Source: a candidate division WOR-3 bacterium
GTDB lineage: Bacteria > Hydrothermota > Tepidihabitantia > SM23-42
Length of the DNA: 64,000 bases
Assembly: GCA_029858255.1 (NCBI GenBank)
Contig: JAOUFJ010000002.1
Location: 138,637-202,636 of the forward strand
Direction of reading: 5' to 3'
The notes beneath the pieces are model-generated. The model was given only the letters and a program-made list of their open reading frames with translations, made no database searches and was not told the DNA's origin. Both the position numbers and the translations under genes were made by a program. Below, piece after piece: positions 51,544 through 61,292 of this stretch; the first letter of the stretch is position 1, and each line of letters opens with the position of its first letter.

Positions 51544-52468
51544 AATCTCTGCCGTCATAAATCATCAAAAATATTTTGCCGTATTTCCGATGGTCTGCGC
51601 TGACCACGGCGCGTATCTACTAAACCTCAAATTCAAGGAGGTTGCAGAAGATGGAGAAAAACTCGCCCATGTCCTGCAGTACACCTATGAACTCTATGGC
51701 TACGATATGGTGCTGGTTTTCTCGGATCCCTACGTTGAAGCACAGGCGCTTGGCTGCCCGGTCGAACTTGACCCTTACCCCGCTCTGATCGGATCTGCAA
51801 CGGTGCATTCTGTCGATCGCACTGAAGAGATCATCCATGCGGCGGACATTCTAAGGAGCAGCATCGACGTTCCGATATTCGTTTCCATCAAAGGTCCCTT
51901 CACTCTCGCTGCCTTCCTCGATGGCATCGAGCATTATCTGAAGATAGTTTTGAAAAAAGAAACAGAGGCCTCGCAGCTCTTGCAGGAAGCACTACAATAC
52001 CAACTGGGATATTTGGAGAGAATTTTGTCCGTCGGTGTCAACATTATGATCGGAGACCCCCTCGCATCATCGAGCGTAATATCGCCCGCAATATTCCTGA
52101 AATATGCATTCACAGGGCTAAAGACGATGGTGGCAAAAGCAAAAACTAGCGGCGCAATCGTTGGCGTCCACATCTGTGGAGACGTAGGCGCAATATCAGA
52201 ATATCTTGATGACCTGGACGCTGATATCCTGAGTATAGAAGGCATCAACATTCGGACAGAGACTTTAAAAATGGGTGGTGTAGGAACCGATACGATATTG
52301 AACGGAGACCTGAAATGCATGAGATCAGAGGTGGAAAATGCGTTCAAAAATGAATTCATAATCCTGTCCACAGCGTGCGACGTTCCACCCCACACAGAGC
52401 CGGCAAATATCAAGGCCATGCTCCGATTCGCCCGTGAGTGCGGCCGTGAATATGGAGTACAAAAATGA
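51536..52468 (+). CDS. MtaA/CmuA (uroporphyrinogen decarboxylase-fold) methyltransferase 1
   Basis: VEAQALG, GPFTLA, DPLASS, Zn-binding HICG, TACDVP. Confidence 0.85.
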   Translation: MDRISAVINHQKYFAVFPMVCADHGAYLLNLKFKEVAEDGEKLAHVLQYTYELYGYDMVLVFSDPYVEAQALGCPVELDPYPALIGSATVHSVDRTEEIIHAADILRSSIDVPIFVSIKGPFTLAAFLDGIEHYLKIVLKKETEASQLLQEALQYQLGYLERILSVGVNIMIGDPLASSSVISPAIFLKYAFTGLKTMVAKAKTSGAIVGVHICGDVGAISEYLDDLDADILSIEGINIRTETLKMGGVGTDTILNGDLKCMRSEVENAFKNEFIILSTACDVPPHTEPANIKAMLRFARECGREYGVQK

Positions 52469-53451
52469 AGTTGATCGGCTATGCGTGCTCTTACATACCA
52501 GTCGAAATACTCTCCGCTACTGGATTGCAGCCATACCGACTCCTCCATGGCGATATAGACCTTTCGAAGCAAGGGGAACGCTTCGTAAGGGTAGATGCTT
52601 GTCCCATGGTGAAATCAAATCTCGCTTATGCCATCCAGAATGCAGACAAATTCGCCGCGCTGATTGGTACAACCGGGTGCGACATGTCTCGCAGAATGTT
52701 CGATGTCCTGAGCGAACAGACGAACATACCAGTGTATATGGTGAATAACCCGAGAACCGACAACCCTGCGATGTATAATGATGAAATTGACTGGCTGGTA
52801 AAACAACTCGAACACTTTTCCCATATGAAATTCACCGACGAGATGATCCGGGAAGAAATATCCAAATGGGAAGGAATGCGCGCAGAATTACGGATCATCG
52901 ACGAAAAGAGAGCAGCCCACCCGTCACTCGTATCGACGACAGACTTCCATAGCGTAATGGCCGGCTATCATAAAGGGTCGTTTGATGAGAATGTCACTTT
53001 CTGTCAGAACCCCTCAGATAGACCAAGGTTATACTTATTAGGCAGCGCTATCACGTACGAGGCAAATCATATCCTTCAATTGATAGAAGAAAATCTCCGT
53101 ATTGTAGGTGATTTCAATTGCGGACTTTCTCGACCCCTTCACATCAAGATCGAAGGACAGAGTATCGACGGCATCAAGAAAGCGTATTACAACCAACCGC
53201 CGTGCCTGTACAAAAGACCGCATCAGAAGTACTACGACTTCGTAGCCATGGAGATTGCCAGACTGAGATGCATCGGTATAATTGCATGGACACTGGATTA
53301 CTGCGATGTTCATGAGTTCGAACTGCAGAAGATCGAAAAGGTATTCAACCTCCCGGTATTAAGGATACGGAGTGATTTTTCCTATCAGGGTAACAGCCAG
53401 TTGAGGACACGAATCGAGGCCTTTGCGGAGATGCTATGTTCGAGGATCTAA
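52465..53451 (+). CDS. 2-hydroxyacyl-CoA dehydratase-family subunit (HgdB/BcrC-like)
   Basis: GYACSYIPVEIL, CPMVK, GCDMSRR, YCDVH, QLRTRIEAFAE. Confidence 0.85.
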   Translation: MKLIGYACSYIPVEILSATGLQPYRLLHGDIDLSKQGERFVRVDACPMVKSNLAYAIQNADKFAALIGTTGCDMSRRMFDVLSEQTNIPVYMVNNPRTDNPAMYNDEIDWLVKQLEHFSHMKFTDEMIREEISKWEGMRAELRIIDEKRAAHPSLVSTTDFHSVMAGYHKGSFDENVTFCQNPSDRPRLYLLGSAITYEANHILQLIEENLRIVGDFNCGLSRPLHIKIEGQSIDGIKKAYYNQPPCLYKRPHQKYYDFVAMEIARLRCIGIIAWTLDYCDVHEFELQKIEKVFNLPVLRIRSDFSYQGNSQLRTRIEAFAEMLCSRI

Positions 53452-54827
53452 TTCCGCAGAAGATCAGTCTCAAGGAGTGGAGCAGACAGTTCCGTATGCT
53501 CGACGATTCGCAAATAAAAAAGTACAGGTATTACACTAATGATGAGTGGGGTCATTATCTGTCTCCGCCGGCAACGTTCATGGTCTACGGTGCCAGGGAA
53601 CTCAGAAAATTGAAATTCGACAATTCACTAGCCGCGCTCAGGCTCTGGGGGTTTACGCTCAATGAATCTGAAAGACTGTTCAGGGCGCGGCAGAGCGGTA
53701 AACGCATAATCGCAACAATGGGCGACCTTGGGACGATACCCGTTATCGCCATGGCGTTTCCTGACTGTATTCCGTTCTACCCCGACTGCACATGGTGGAC
53801 GCCGTTCTTCAACGAATCTACGGTGCTTCTCGATAAGGCGAGTGAACTCGGCACGCCCGAAGCCAGTTGTTTTGTACGTTCAACACTTGCTGCTTTTTAC
53901 AAAATGGCATACTTCCCAAAACCGGATCTGTTGTTTGCATCAACTGGCGCATCCTGCGATGATTACTCGTGTATCATGCAGATGGTTGCAGACCTCGGTT
54001 ATGAATTGAACTGGCTCGAAATCCCCTATCGCAGGAAATTGCGGGACTACCACGCGGAGGAAAAATATTCTGGAACAGAGCATGGTTTTCAATATCCCGA
54101 ACGTTTCGAAACATACTTGGTGAATGAATACAAGCGCGTCTGGCAAAAAATGCAGGCGCTGACCAATATTGGTGATCTCGAAAAACTCAGAGAAAGTATC
54201 AAAAAGAACAACAGACTGCGCCGATTGGTAGATGATATAAAAAACCTTACAACTGAGGCCGACACCGCACCATTTCCCGGTCTTGAGATGATGGTCATAG
54301 AATTCGGCAATCTATATGGCTACGCGGATACCGATGAATGGTTGGACATCCTGGAGATGATCAAAGAAACGGTCACCGGTCGTGTCAAAAAAGGAATCGG
54401 AGTCCTTCATTCGGATGCGATACCACTTGCGTGGGTCACCCCTACCGCAGACCCATTGCTGCTAAATATTGTTGAGGACATGGGCGGCCGTGTCGTGGCG
54501 ACCGAATATGTCATCAACCAGGCACTTACCGAGATCGAGGAAGATATCGAACCCTTCCGCGCCCTTGCCAGGTCGTTCATGAACGCCTCCCTCATCGGTT
54601 CAACCGAAGAGAGAATCCGTCATATTTCCGAAAACATTGCTTCCGGCAGGATCGCAGGAGTCATCATCACCAACATGTTGGGTTGTTCCCATTGTTCAAT
54701 GGAGACTAGGCTAATCGAACAAAATTTGAAAAACGTGCCCGTGCTCGCGATCGACATCCCTGCGCCACTGGGAATAACCGAACAGCTCAAGACACGAATC
54801 GCTGCCTTCATCGAGATGCTGAAATGA
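53436..54827 (+). CDS. 2-hydroxyacyl-CoA dehydratase-family subunit (HgdA/BcrB-like)
   Basis: PEASCF, GASCDD, GCSHC, QLKTRIAAFIE. Confidence 0.8.
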   Translation: MFEDLIPQKISLKEWSRQFRMLDDSQIKKYRYYTNDEWGHYLSPPATFMVYGARELRKLKFDNSLAALRLWGFTLNESERLFRARQSGKRIIATMGDLGTIPVIAMAFPDCIPFYPDCTWWTPFFNESTVLLDKASELGTPEASCFVRSTLAAFYKMAYFPKPDLLFASTGASCDDYSCIMQMVADLGYELNWLEIPYRRKLRDYHAEEKYSGTEHGFQYPERFETYLVNEYKRVWQKMQALTNIGDLEKLRESIKKNNRLRRLVDDIKNLTTEADTAPFPGLEMMVIEFGNLYGYADTDEWLDILEMIKETVTGRVKKGIGVLHSDAIPLAWVTPTADPLLLNIVEDMGGRVVATEYVINQALTEIEEDIEPFRALARSFMNASLIGSTEERIRHISENIASGRIAGVIITNMLGCSHCSMETRLIEQNLKNVPVLAIDIPAPLGITEQLKTRIAAFIEMLK

Positions 54828-55855
54828 GCGATATTCTGACCCCACGTGAAAGATTTGGACTGCTGGTGATCGATGAAAAACCCGACCGCTGCAATACAAT
54901 ACCATTAATCACATCGCACGCCGCCACGGTCAAAGGTATGAAGCTCAGAGATTATTACACGAATGGTGAGAACATGGCGCGTGCGCAGATAGCAGCAATT
55001 GAAAAATACGGGCACGATGCGATATCAATTTTCTCAGAAGTAGGTATCATCGCTGAAGCAATGGGGACGGAATTCGAATATCCAGAGAACGACCTGCCGA
55101 TCCAGAGGATACCGGCCCTCCAGAAACAGGATATCGAAGAAATCGAGATACCGATCCCGACCTCAGATGCGAGACTCCCGGTGTATCTCGATGCGATTGA
55201 ATATGCTTACGACGCACTCGGCGACAGAATCCCCATACTGGCCTACATTCCTGCTCCATTCACGACCGGAATGATGCTCTCCGACCCGAACAAATTTCTC
55301 ATCCAAACAATCAAGGAACCGGATCATGTCGCGGCGGTCATGGAGAAATCCCTCGCAGCGGCAATCGAATTATGTTACCATGTCATAGATGTCGGTGGAC
55401 TGCCCATTATCGTTGATCCCCTTGCGTCGTCGAGCGTCATTAGCCCCAAAGCATATCAACAATACGCTCTCCCCTATGAAAGAAAACTCATCGATTTTCT
55501 ACACCGTTACGACCTCGATGTTATACTACATATTTGTGGAGACACTACGCCAATTATCCATATCCTTCCGGAGACGCACGCCGACCTTATCAGTATTGAC
55601 CGTGTGAGCCTAGCGGATACAATTGAAAAATTATCTATGAAAATTCGCGTGATCGGCAACTATGACACATCGCTGCTCGCCTTTTCATCCCCGGACGTCA
55701 TAGCACGCGAAGTAAAAGAAATGGTGAAGCTCTCGATGAATGCGCACAAGGGTTACATCGCAGCAACAGGCTGCGAGGTTCCCATCCACGCCCCTTTCGA
55801 AAACGTGACAGCTTTCATAAATGCAGCGAAGGAGAACGGATGGTATTGGGATTAG
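54824..55855 (+). CDS. MtaA/CmuA (UroD-fold) methyltransferase 2
   Basis: LTPRER, AEAMG, APFT, DPLASS, LHICG, TGCEVP. Confidence 0.88.
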   Translation: MSDILTPRERFGLLVIDEKPDRCNTIPLITSHAATVKGMKLRDYYTNGENMARAQIAAIEKYGHDAISIFSEVGIIAEAMGTEFEYPENDLPIQRIPALQKQDIEEIEIPIPTSDARLPVYLDAIEYAYDALGDRIPILAYIPAPFTTGMMLSDPNKFLIQTIKEPDHVAAVMEKSLAAAIELCYHVIDVGGLPIIVDPLASSSVISPKAYQQYALPYERKLIDFLHRYDLDVILHICGDTTPIIHILPETHADLISIDRVSLADTIEKLSMKIRVIGNYDTSLLAFSSPDVIAREVKEMVKLSMNAHKGYIAATGCEVPIHAPFENVTAFINAAKENGWYWD

Positions 55856-56562
55856 ACGTTGGGTCCAGCTACACAAAAGGAATTGTGTTTGACGGCCGGA
55901 TAAGGGACAAGATCGTTTTCAAAACATCATTCAAGCCAAAACTGGCGGTCGAGAGAGCACTGAATGAACTCCGAGGCTACGACAGCATAGTCGCTACTGG
56001 ATTCGGACGGGAGCTCGTCACGACGGCCGACAAGACGATAACGGAAATCACGGCATTTGCCAAAGGTGCATCTTATTTCGAACCTCAGCTTCGAACTATC
56101 ATCGATATCGGCGGGCAGGATAGCAAGATCATCAAAGTCAAAGATGGGCGCGTCGACCGATTTGTCATGAATGACCGCTGTGCGGCTGGGACCGGAAATT
56201 TCGTTGAGAAAATCGCGCAAGCCCTTGACCTAAGCCTGGCCGAATTCGGCGAGTTGGCCGTGCATGCAGACCGTGCTGAAATCATTGATTCACTTTGCGT
56301 GGTCATGGCCGAAACAGAGATTCTTAGTCTCGTTGGAGAAGGTAAACGGCTTGAAGACATCGTTGCCGGGGTGTGCGACGCGCTCGTTCGGCGAATCGAT
56401 GGTATAGGCAGCCAGATAGGCATTGAGGAACCAATATTGTTCTGCGGCGGCGGCGCCCTTAATCCCGGTCTTGTCAAATCGATGAGACGCATATTCAAGG
56501 AAGTCACCATTCCAGAGTATCCCCAATATGTCGGGGCAATTGGCGCTGCACTGTCGCTCTGA
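55840..56562 (+). CDS. ATP-dependent Fe-S activator (HgdC/BadF family) 2
   Basis: GLDVGSSYTK, ATGFGR, DIGGQDSK, MNDRCAAGTG, SLCVVMAETE, GAIGAAL. Confidence 0.9.
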   Translation: MVLGLDVGSSYTKGIVFDGRIRDKIVFKTSFKPKLAVERALNELRGYDSIVATGFGRELVTTADKTITEITAFAKGASYFEPQLRTIIDIGGQDSKIIKVKDGRVDRFVMNDRCAAGTGNFVEKIAQALDLSLAEFGELAVHADRAEIIDSLCVVMAETEILSLVGEGKRLEDIVAGVCDALVRRIDGIGSQIGIEEPILFCGGGALNPGLVKSMRRIFKEVTIPEYPQYVGAIGAALSL

Positions 56563-56624
56563 CAGAGTTCATCGATTGTCCGTGCATATGGACTGGAGAT
56601 AGACCATCATTTCCGACCCCAACC

Positions 56625-56652
56625 TTGACATCATTATACATATCACTATAAT
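56625..56652 (+). promoter_or_regulatory. selA promoter TTGACA-16-TATAAT
   Basis: Perfect hexamers; GTG start 5 nt downstream. Confidence 0.8.
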
Positions 56653-56657
56653 TTCAC

Positions 56658-58058
56658 GTGAAGGATGCCATGAAAACTAAAGAAATACTGAGAAATATTC
56701 CATCGGTGGATAAAATCCTTAACTGGGATGAAATAAAGGAATCTCTCAAAATCCTCAACCAAGACCATATAACCAGGATCATACGCGATAACGTAGAAAA
56801 CTACCGAAAACTTCTGATTGCCGGTGAAAAAATCGACGATAGTCGTTTGAAAAAAGCAATCTTAGCCGATATCCAGGATCTTATCACTCCCTATTTCTGC
56901 TATGCGGTCAATGCGCTCGGTATTGTTTTGCATACGGGATTGGGCCGTGCACCGTTTAACAAACACATTGCAGAAGTCATCCATGATATGTCCATGGGCT
57001 ATTCACGGTTGCAAATCGATGATGATGGAAAGCGGGCTGACCGCTACAAGAAGATCAATCGCTTGCTTCAGATCTTAACCGGGGCCGAAGCCGGGATCAT
57101 CGTCAACAACAACGCTGCCGCAACAATGCTCATCCTCAGTGCAATGGCAAAAGGCAAAGAGGTAATCGTGTCAAGGGGTCAACTCATTGAGATCGGTGGA
57201 GCATATCGTATTCCAGACATAATGGCGCAGAGCGGTGCGATAATGCACGAAATAGGCACAACCAATAGAACACATCTTAAGGACTATACAGGAGCAATAA
57301 ATGAGAACACAGGTGCGATACTGCGCGTGCACCAGTCAAACTACCGTATTATTGGCTTCACCAAAGAAGTCCCATTGGATGAGCTTGTCGAACTGGGGAG
57401 AAAACACAATATCCCGGTTATCGATGACCTGGGAAGCGGAGCGCTGATCGATTTTGCCGCATATGGACTGCCCAAAGAACCTATGGTACAAGAGAGCATC
57501 GCCACGGGAGCTGACGTAGTCTGTTTCAGCGGCGATAAACTGATCGGCGGACCACAATGCGGAATTATTATCGGTAAGAGGCAACATATAGAGTTAATAA
57601 AGAAAAACCCGCTTACCCGGGCGCTGAGATGCGATAAACTAACTAATGCTGCATTAGAAGCCACGCTTCAAATGTTTCTGCTCAAAGAGGAAGATTTAGT
57701 ATTAAATCACGCCGTTTTGGGCATTTTACTTAAACCATTAGATGAAATAAAATCTCGCGCGAAGCGTTGTGCGAGAGGTCTGAAAGCTGCATTTGGCAGC
57801 ATCCTCGAGGTATCTGTACGCTCGGGCGTCAGTGAGATTGGCGGAGGTTCACTCAGTACAGAACAGCTGCCCACCTATCTGGTGGCTATCAAATCACAAG
57901 ATATCGCGGCAAGCGATCTGGCACATGCCCTGCGGCGATACCAAACACCGGTTTTTACCAGGGTTGCCGAAGACAGTGTTCTCCTCGACTTCCGCACCGT
58001 TGTGAAGGGCGAGGAAAAGATAATACTTGAAGCCTTCAAGACAGTCCTCAAAATCTGA
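56658..58058 (+). CDS. selA: L-seryl-tRNA(Sec) selenium transferase
   Basis: NALGIVLHTGLGRA, VNNNAAA, SRGQLIEIGG, GTTNRT, DLGSG, FSGDKLIGGPQ (PLP Lys). Confidence 0.96.
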   Translation: MKDAMKTKEILRNIPSVDKILNWDEIKESLKILNQDHITRIIRDNVENYRKLLIAGEKIDDSRLKKAILADIQDLITPYFCYAVNALGIVLHTGLGRAPFNKHIAEVIHDMSMGYSRLQIDDDGKRADRYKKINRLLQILTGAEAGIIVNNNAAATMLILSAMAKGKEVIVSRGQLIEIGGAYRIPDIMAQSGAIMHEIGTTNRTHLKDYTGAINENTGAILRVHQSNYRIIGFTKEVPLDELVELGRKHNIPVIDDLGSGALIDFAAYGLPKEPMVQESIATGADVVCFSGDKLIGGPQCGIIIGKRQHIELIKKNPLTRALRCDKLTNAALEATLQMFLLKEEDLVLNHAVLGILLKPLDEIKSRAKRCARGLKAAFGSILEVSVRSGVSEIGGGSLSTEQLPTYLVAIKSQDIAASDLAHALRRYQTPVFTRVAEDSVLLDFRTVVKGEEKIILEAFKTVLKI

Positions 58059-58063
58059 TCATG

Positions 58064-58130
58064 TGTTTTGATCATTTGTATTTTACATTTTGGATTTGCT
58101 TAGTATTTAGATATTCGAATTTAGGATTTT
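58064..58130 (+). repeat. Dispersed 67-bp T-rich intergenic element, copy 4
   Basis: Ungapped alignment to the other copies; lies between selA and selB. Confidence 0.8.
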
Positions 58131-58191
58131 CAGCAAACGGTCAGTATTATCTAATAATAACAACCGCGAGCAAGAACGAAGGAATCTGAAG

Positions 58192-60114
58192 GTGATGGAT
58201 ACGAGAAAGAAACACATCGTTATCGGTACCGCGGGACACATTGATCACGGAAAGAGCGCTTTGATAAAAGCACTCACCGGTGTCGACCCGGACCGGCTCA
58301 AGGAGGAGAAAGAGCGAGGTATGACCACAGACCTCGGCTTTGTTTTTTACAGCGCCGATGTAACTATCATCGACGTACCGGGTCATGAAAAATTCGTTCG
58401 GCATATGGTAGCCGGAGCATCGACTATTGACTTCGTGATCTTCGTGGTCGCCGCTGACGATGGAGTAATGCCACAAACGCACGAACACCTTGAGATTCTT
58501 AAACTACTCGGAATAAAAAAGGGTATCGTTGTAATTACAAAGAAAGACCTTGTTGAGAAAGACATGCTGGAAGTAGTAATAGACGATGTGAAGCGTGCCC
58601 TGACTAATTCTTTTCTGGAGAATGCGCCGATCATTAAGGTTTCAAATATCACCAAAGACGGTATCGAAGAACTCAGGAAATGCCTCGACGAGCTGATCAC
58701 TCAGATCGAGCCAAAAACCGACCGTGGTATATTCAGGATGCCTATTGACCGCCGGTTCGTGATAAAAGGATTTGGCACCGTGGTTGCGGGCACGGTTTTA
58801 TCAGGCAAAGTCAAAATAGGGGATACTGTCGAGCTACTACCCGAGAAAAAAAGTGTCAAAGTCAGGGGGATCGAAGTCCATAATGAAAAAGTAGATACCG
58901 TGGGCACTGGATTCCGCGCAGCCATCAACCTTGTAGGCGCTGACAAAGATGAGATCGACCGCGGTGATGTGCTCGCCCAGCCCGGTTTTTATGAACCATC
59001 GGAATACCTGAATGCATCTTTATACCTATTGTCTTCCGCTGGCAAGCCACTGAAGAATTTCAGCAGATTGCGGATACACGTCGGGACAAATGAAATATTC
59101 GGCCGCGTTGTGTTACTCGATAAAAAAACACTCGGACCAGGGCAAAAAGCAATGGTTCAGTTCAGATTGGAATCCCCGGCTGTCTGCGACATCAACGATA
59201 ATTACGTAATAAGATCCTATTCGCCACAAATGACCATTGGTGGCGGCCTCATAATCGAGCCCAAAGCGACAAAAGCAAAGGGGTTTGATGAGGAACTGAT
59301 CAGCCATTTGCAGCGCATGGAAGTCGGTGAACCCGTTGTGATCGTAGAAGAGGATCTATTGGCGAATTTCGATCTTCCAAGGAAACCCGAGGAAATCGCT
59401 CATGATGTTAACCTCCCCCTCGCAGAGACGAAAAACCTCATAGAAAATCTGATACAGCAGGGAAAGATAATATGTCTTGACGAAAAACGCGGGTTTTACT
59501 ATCACCAGAAGAACCATGAAAAACTGAAGGCGCAAATCGTCGAAAATCTTGGCACCTACCACAAGGCGAATCCGACCGGCGTCGGGCTTTCCGCCCTTGA
59601 ACTATTGAAGAATATCAGCCGCGGTCTCGATAAAGTTCTCCTGGACCGTACACTCGCAAAAATGGAAAAGGAGAAAATCGTACGCCTCACGCCAGACGGA
59701 AAGATCAATCTATTCGAGCACAAAGTAGTGGTCGACAAAGACCTCGATGCCACGATCAAAAAAATCGAGCAGCTCTTCATTGAAGGCGGCTATAAACCGC
59801 CCTCTTACCAGGATGTGGTTACCCGCAACCTAGATCCTGAGAACGTCGTAAAGAAAGCGTACCGTTATATGCTCGATACCGGGCTCCTGGTAAATGCCGG
59901 CGAGGGCATTGTCTTGCACCAGAATTATGTTAAAGCAGCAGAGCAAAAACTCATCGAATTCTTGAAGACAAATAAGGAAATAAGAGTCTCCCAGTTCCGC
60001 GACCTGCTCGATGCAAGCCGCAAGTTTGTCCTGCCGCTTCTGATATATTTCGACACGCGCGGTGTCACGATCAAACGAGGCGACGTAAGGGTGTTGGGAC
60101 AAAAATACCGCTAA
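58192..60114 (+). CDS. selB: Selenocysteine-specific elongation factor
   Basis: GTAGHIDHGKS, DRLKEEKERG, DVPGHEKF, C-terminal winged helix FRDLLDASRKFVLPLLIYFD. Confidence 0.97.
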   Translation: MMDTRKKHIVIGTAGHIDHGKSALIKALTGVDPDRLKEEKERGMTTDLGFVFYSADVTIIDVPGHEKFVRHMVAGASTIDFVIFVVAADDGVMPQTHEHLEILKLLGIKKGIVVITKKDLVEKDMLEVVIDDVKRALTNSFLENAPIIKVSNITKDGIEELRKCLDELITQIEPKTDRGIFRMPIDRRFVIKGFGTVVAGTVLSGKVKIGDTVELLPEKKSVKVRGIEVHNEKVDTVGTGFRAAINLVGADKDEIDRGDVLAQPGFYEPSEYLNASLYLLSSAGKPLKNFSRLRIHVGTNEIFGRVVLLDKKTLGPGQKAMVQFRLESPAVCDINDNYVIRSYSPQMTIGGGLIIEPKATKAKGFDEELISHLQRMEVGEPVVIVEEDLLANFDLPRKPEEIAHDVNLPLAETKNLIENLIQQGKIICLDEKRGFYYHQKNHEKLKAQIVENLGTYHKANPTGVGLSALELLKNISRGLDKVLLDRTLAKMEKEKIVRLTPDGKINLFEHKVVVDKDLDATIKKIEQLFIEGGYKPPSYQDVVTRNLDPENVVKKAYRYMLDTGLLVNAGEGIVLHQNYVKAAEQKLIEFLKTNKEIRVSQFRDLLDASRKFVLPLLIYFDTRGVTIKRGDVRVLGQKYR

Positions 60115-60474
60115 CACTTCAGGTTGCGTACAACGAATAACGAAGTCCAGCATCATACGGTCACGAAACCCGTACAACGGTAATATCACACAGCACACGA
60201 GCACGCCGTTAATCCCGTTATTATCGTTATTCCCGCTAACGACTTATACCTCTGCCCTCACGGCAAGAAACGAATATCTTCGATGGAGTATCTAAACACG
60301 AAATGCTGTTCTACCCTTATGAACAATTGGAACGAATACGATCTACGAACACGAATTACAAAGGCATATCGTAACGAAGCCACAACGATACTAGCGATAT
60401 TAACGATAATAACGAACAAAACGTTTTCGTACCATTGGGTCTTGATTTCCCCGATTTATCCATTATAATTATGT

Positions 60475-61260
60475 ATGAAGAGGCTATTAATTGTACCCAT
60501 ATTGTTTGTTTTTATTATTAGCTGTGCCACCACCGGGCCTGGTGGTAAGAAAAGCTTGATCCTGATCCCGACCGATACAGAAGTCGAACTTGGCAAAGAA
60601 GTCGTAAAGGAAGTCGAGTCAACGGAAAAAATACTCAATAATTCGGAAGTTCAGAATTACGTCAGTAAAGTTGGACGCAAGGTTGCCAAAGTCTGCGATA
60701 GAAAGGACGTCACATACTCCTTCAAAGTACTCGATAACGAAGAAATAAACGCGTTTGCATGCCCTGGCGGTTTCATCTACATTTACAAAGGCTTGATGAA
60801 AAAAATGGATAATGAAGCACAGCTTGCTGCGGTCCTGGCTCACGAAGTTGGACATATTGTGGCAAGGCATTCAGTGAAAAGGCTCCAGGCAGCATACGGC
60901 TACAGCATCGTAATGGAAGTTGCTCTCGGCGAAAAAATGGGGCAAACAGCACGACAAATGGTCGACGCCGCAGCAGGAGTCATTCTGCTTGGTTATGGCA
61001 GAGATAATGAATACGAAGCTGATGATTACGGAATTCTGTATTCAAAGAAAGCTGGTTACAATCCGAAAGGGATGGTGCAGATTTTTGAGAAATTCAAACA
61101 AATGGAAGGACGTCCCCCCAATACCTTTGAGAAACTGTTGATGTCCCATCCACCTGCGGGCGACCGTATAAATAACGGAAATAAAGAAATACAGAAAATC
61201 GGCGGTACCAATCTTCCCTATTACGAAACCGAATACGCTGCGATAAAGGCGAAACTGTAA
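60475..61260 (+). CDS. M48 family metallopeptidase lipoprotein
   Basis: Lipobox IISC; INAFACPGG, LAHEVGH, EYEADDYG, SHP; leaderless promoter 60442-60469. Confidence 0.92.
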   Translation: MKRLLIVPILFVFIISCATTGPGGKKSLILIPTDTEVELGKEVVKEVESTEKILNNSEVQNYVSKVGRKVAKVCDRKDVTYSFKVLDNEEINAFACPGGFIYIYKGLMKKMDNEAQLAAVLAHEVGHIVARHSVKRLQAAYGYSIVMEVALGEKMGQTARQMVDAAAGVILLGYGRDNEYEADDYGILYSKKAGYNPKGMVQIFEKFKQMEGRPPNTFEKLLMSHPPAGDRINNGNKEIQKIGGTNLPYYETEYAAIKAKL

Positions 61261-61292
61261 GAAAGTCAGGTCATAGCGTGTAGTAAACAATC

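Noticed and set aside
52465-54827. Sec read-through at the TGA stops of 51536..52468 and 53436..54827
   Set aside because: Both are ATGA stop/start overlaps, and the proteins are already complete at the C-terminus.
50896-55855. Pyrrolysine-dependent methylamine methyltransferase system
   Set aside because: No MttB/MtbB/MtmB-like ORF, no in-frame TAG read-through candidate and no pyl genes.
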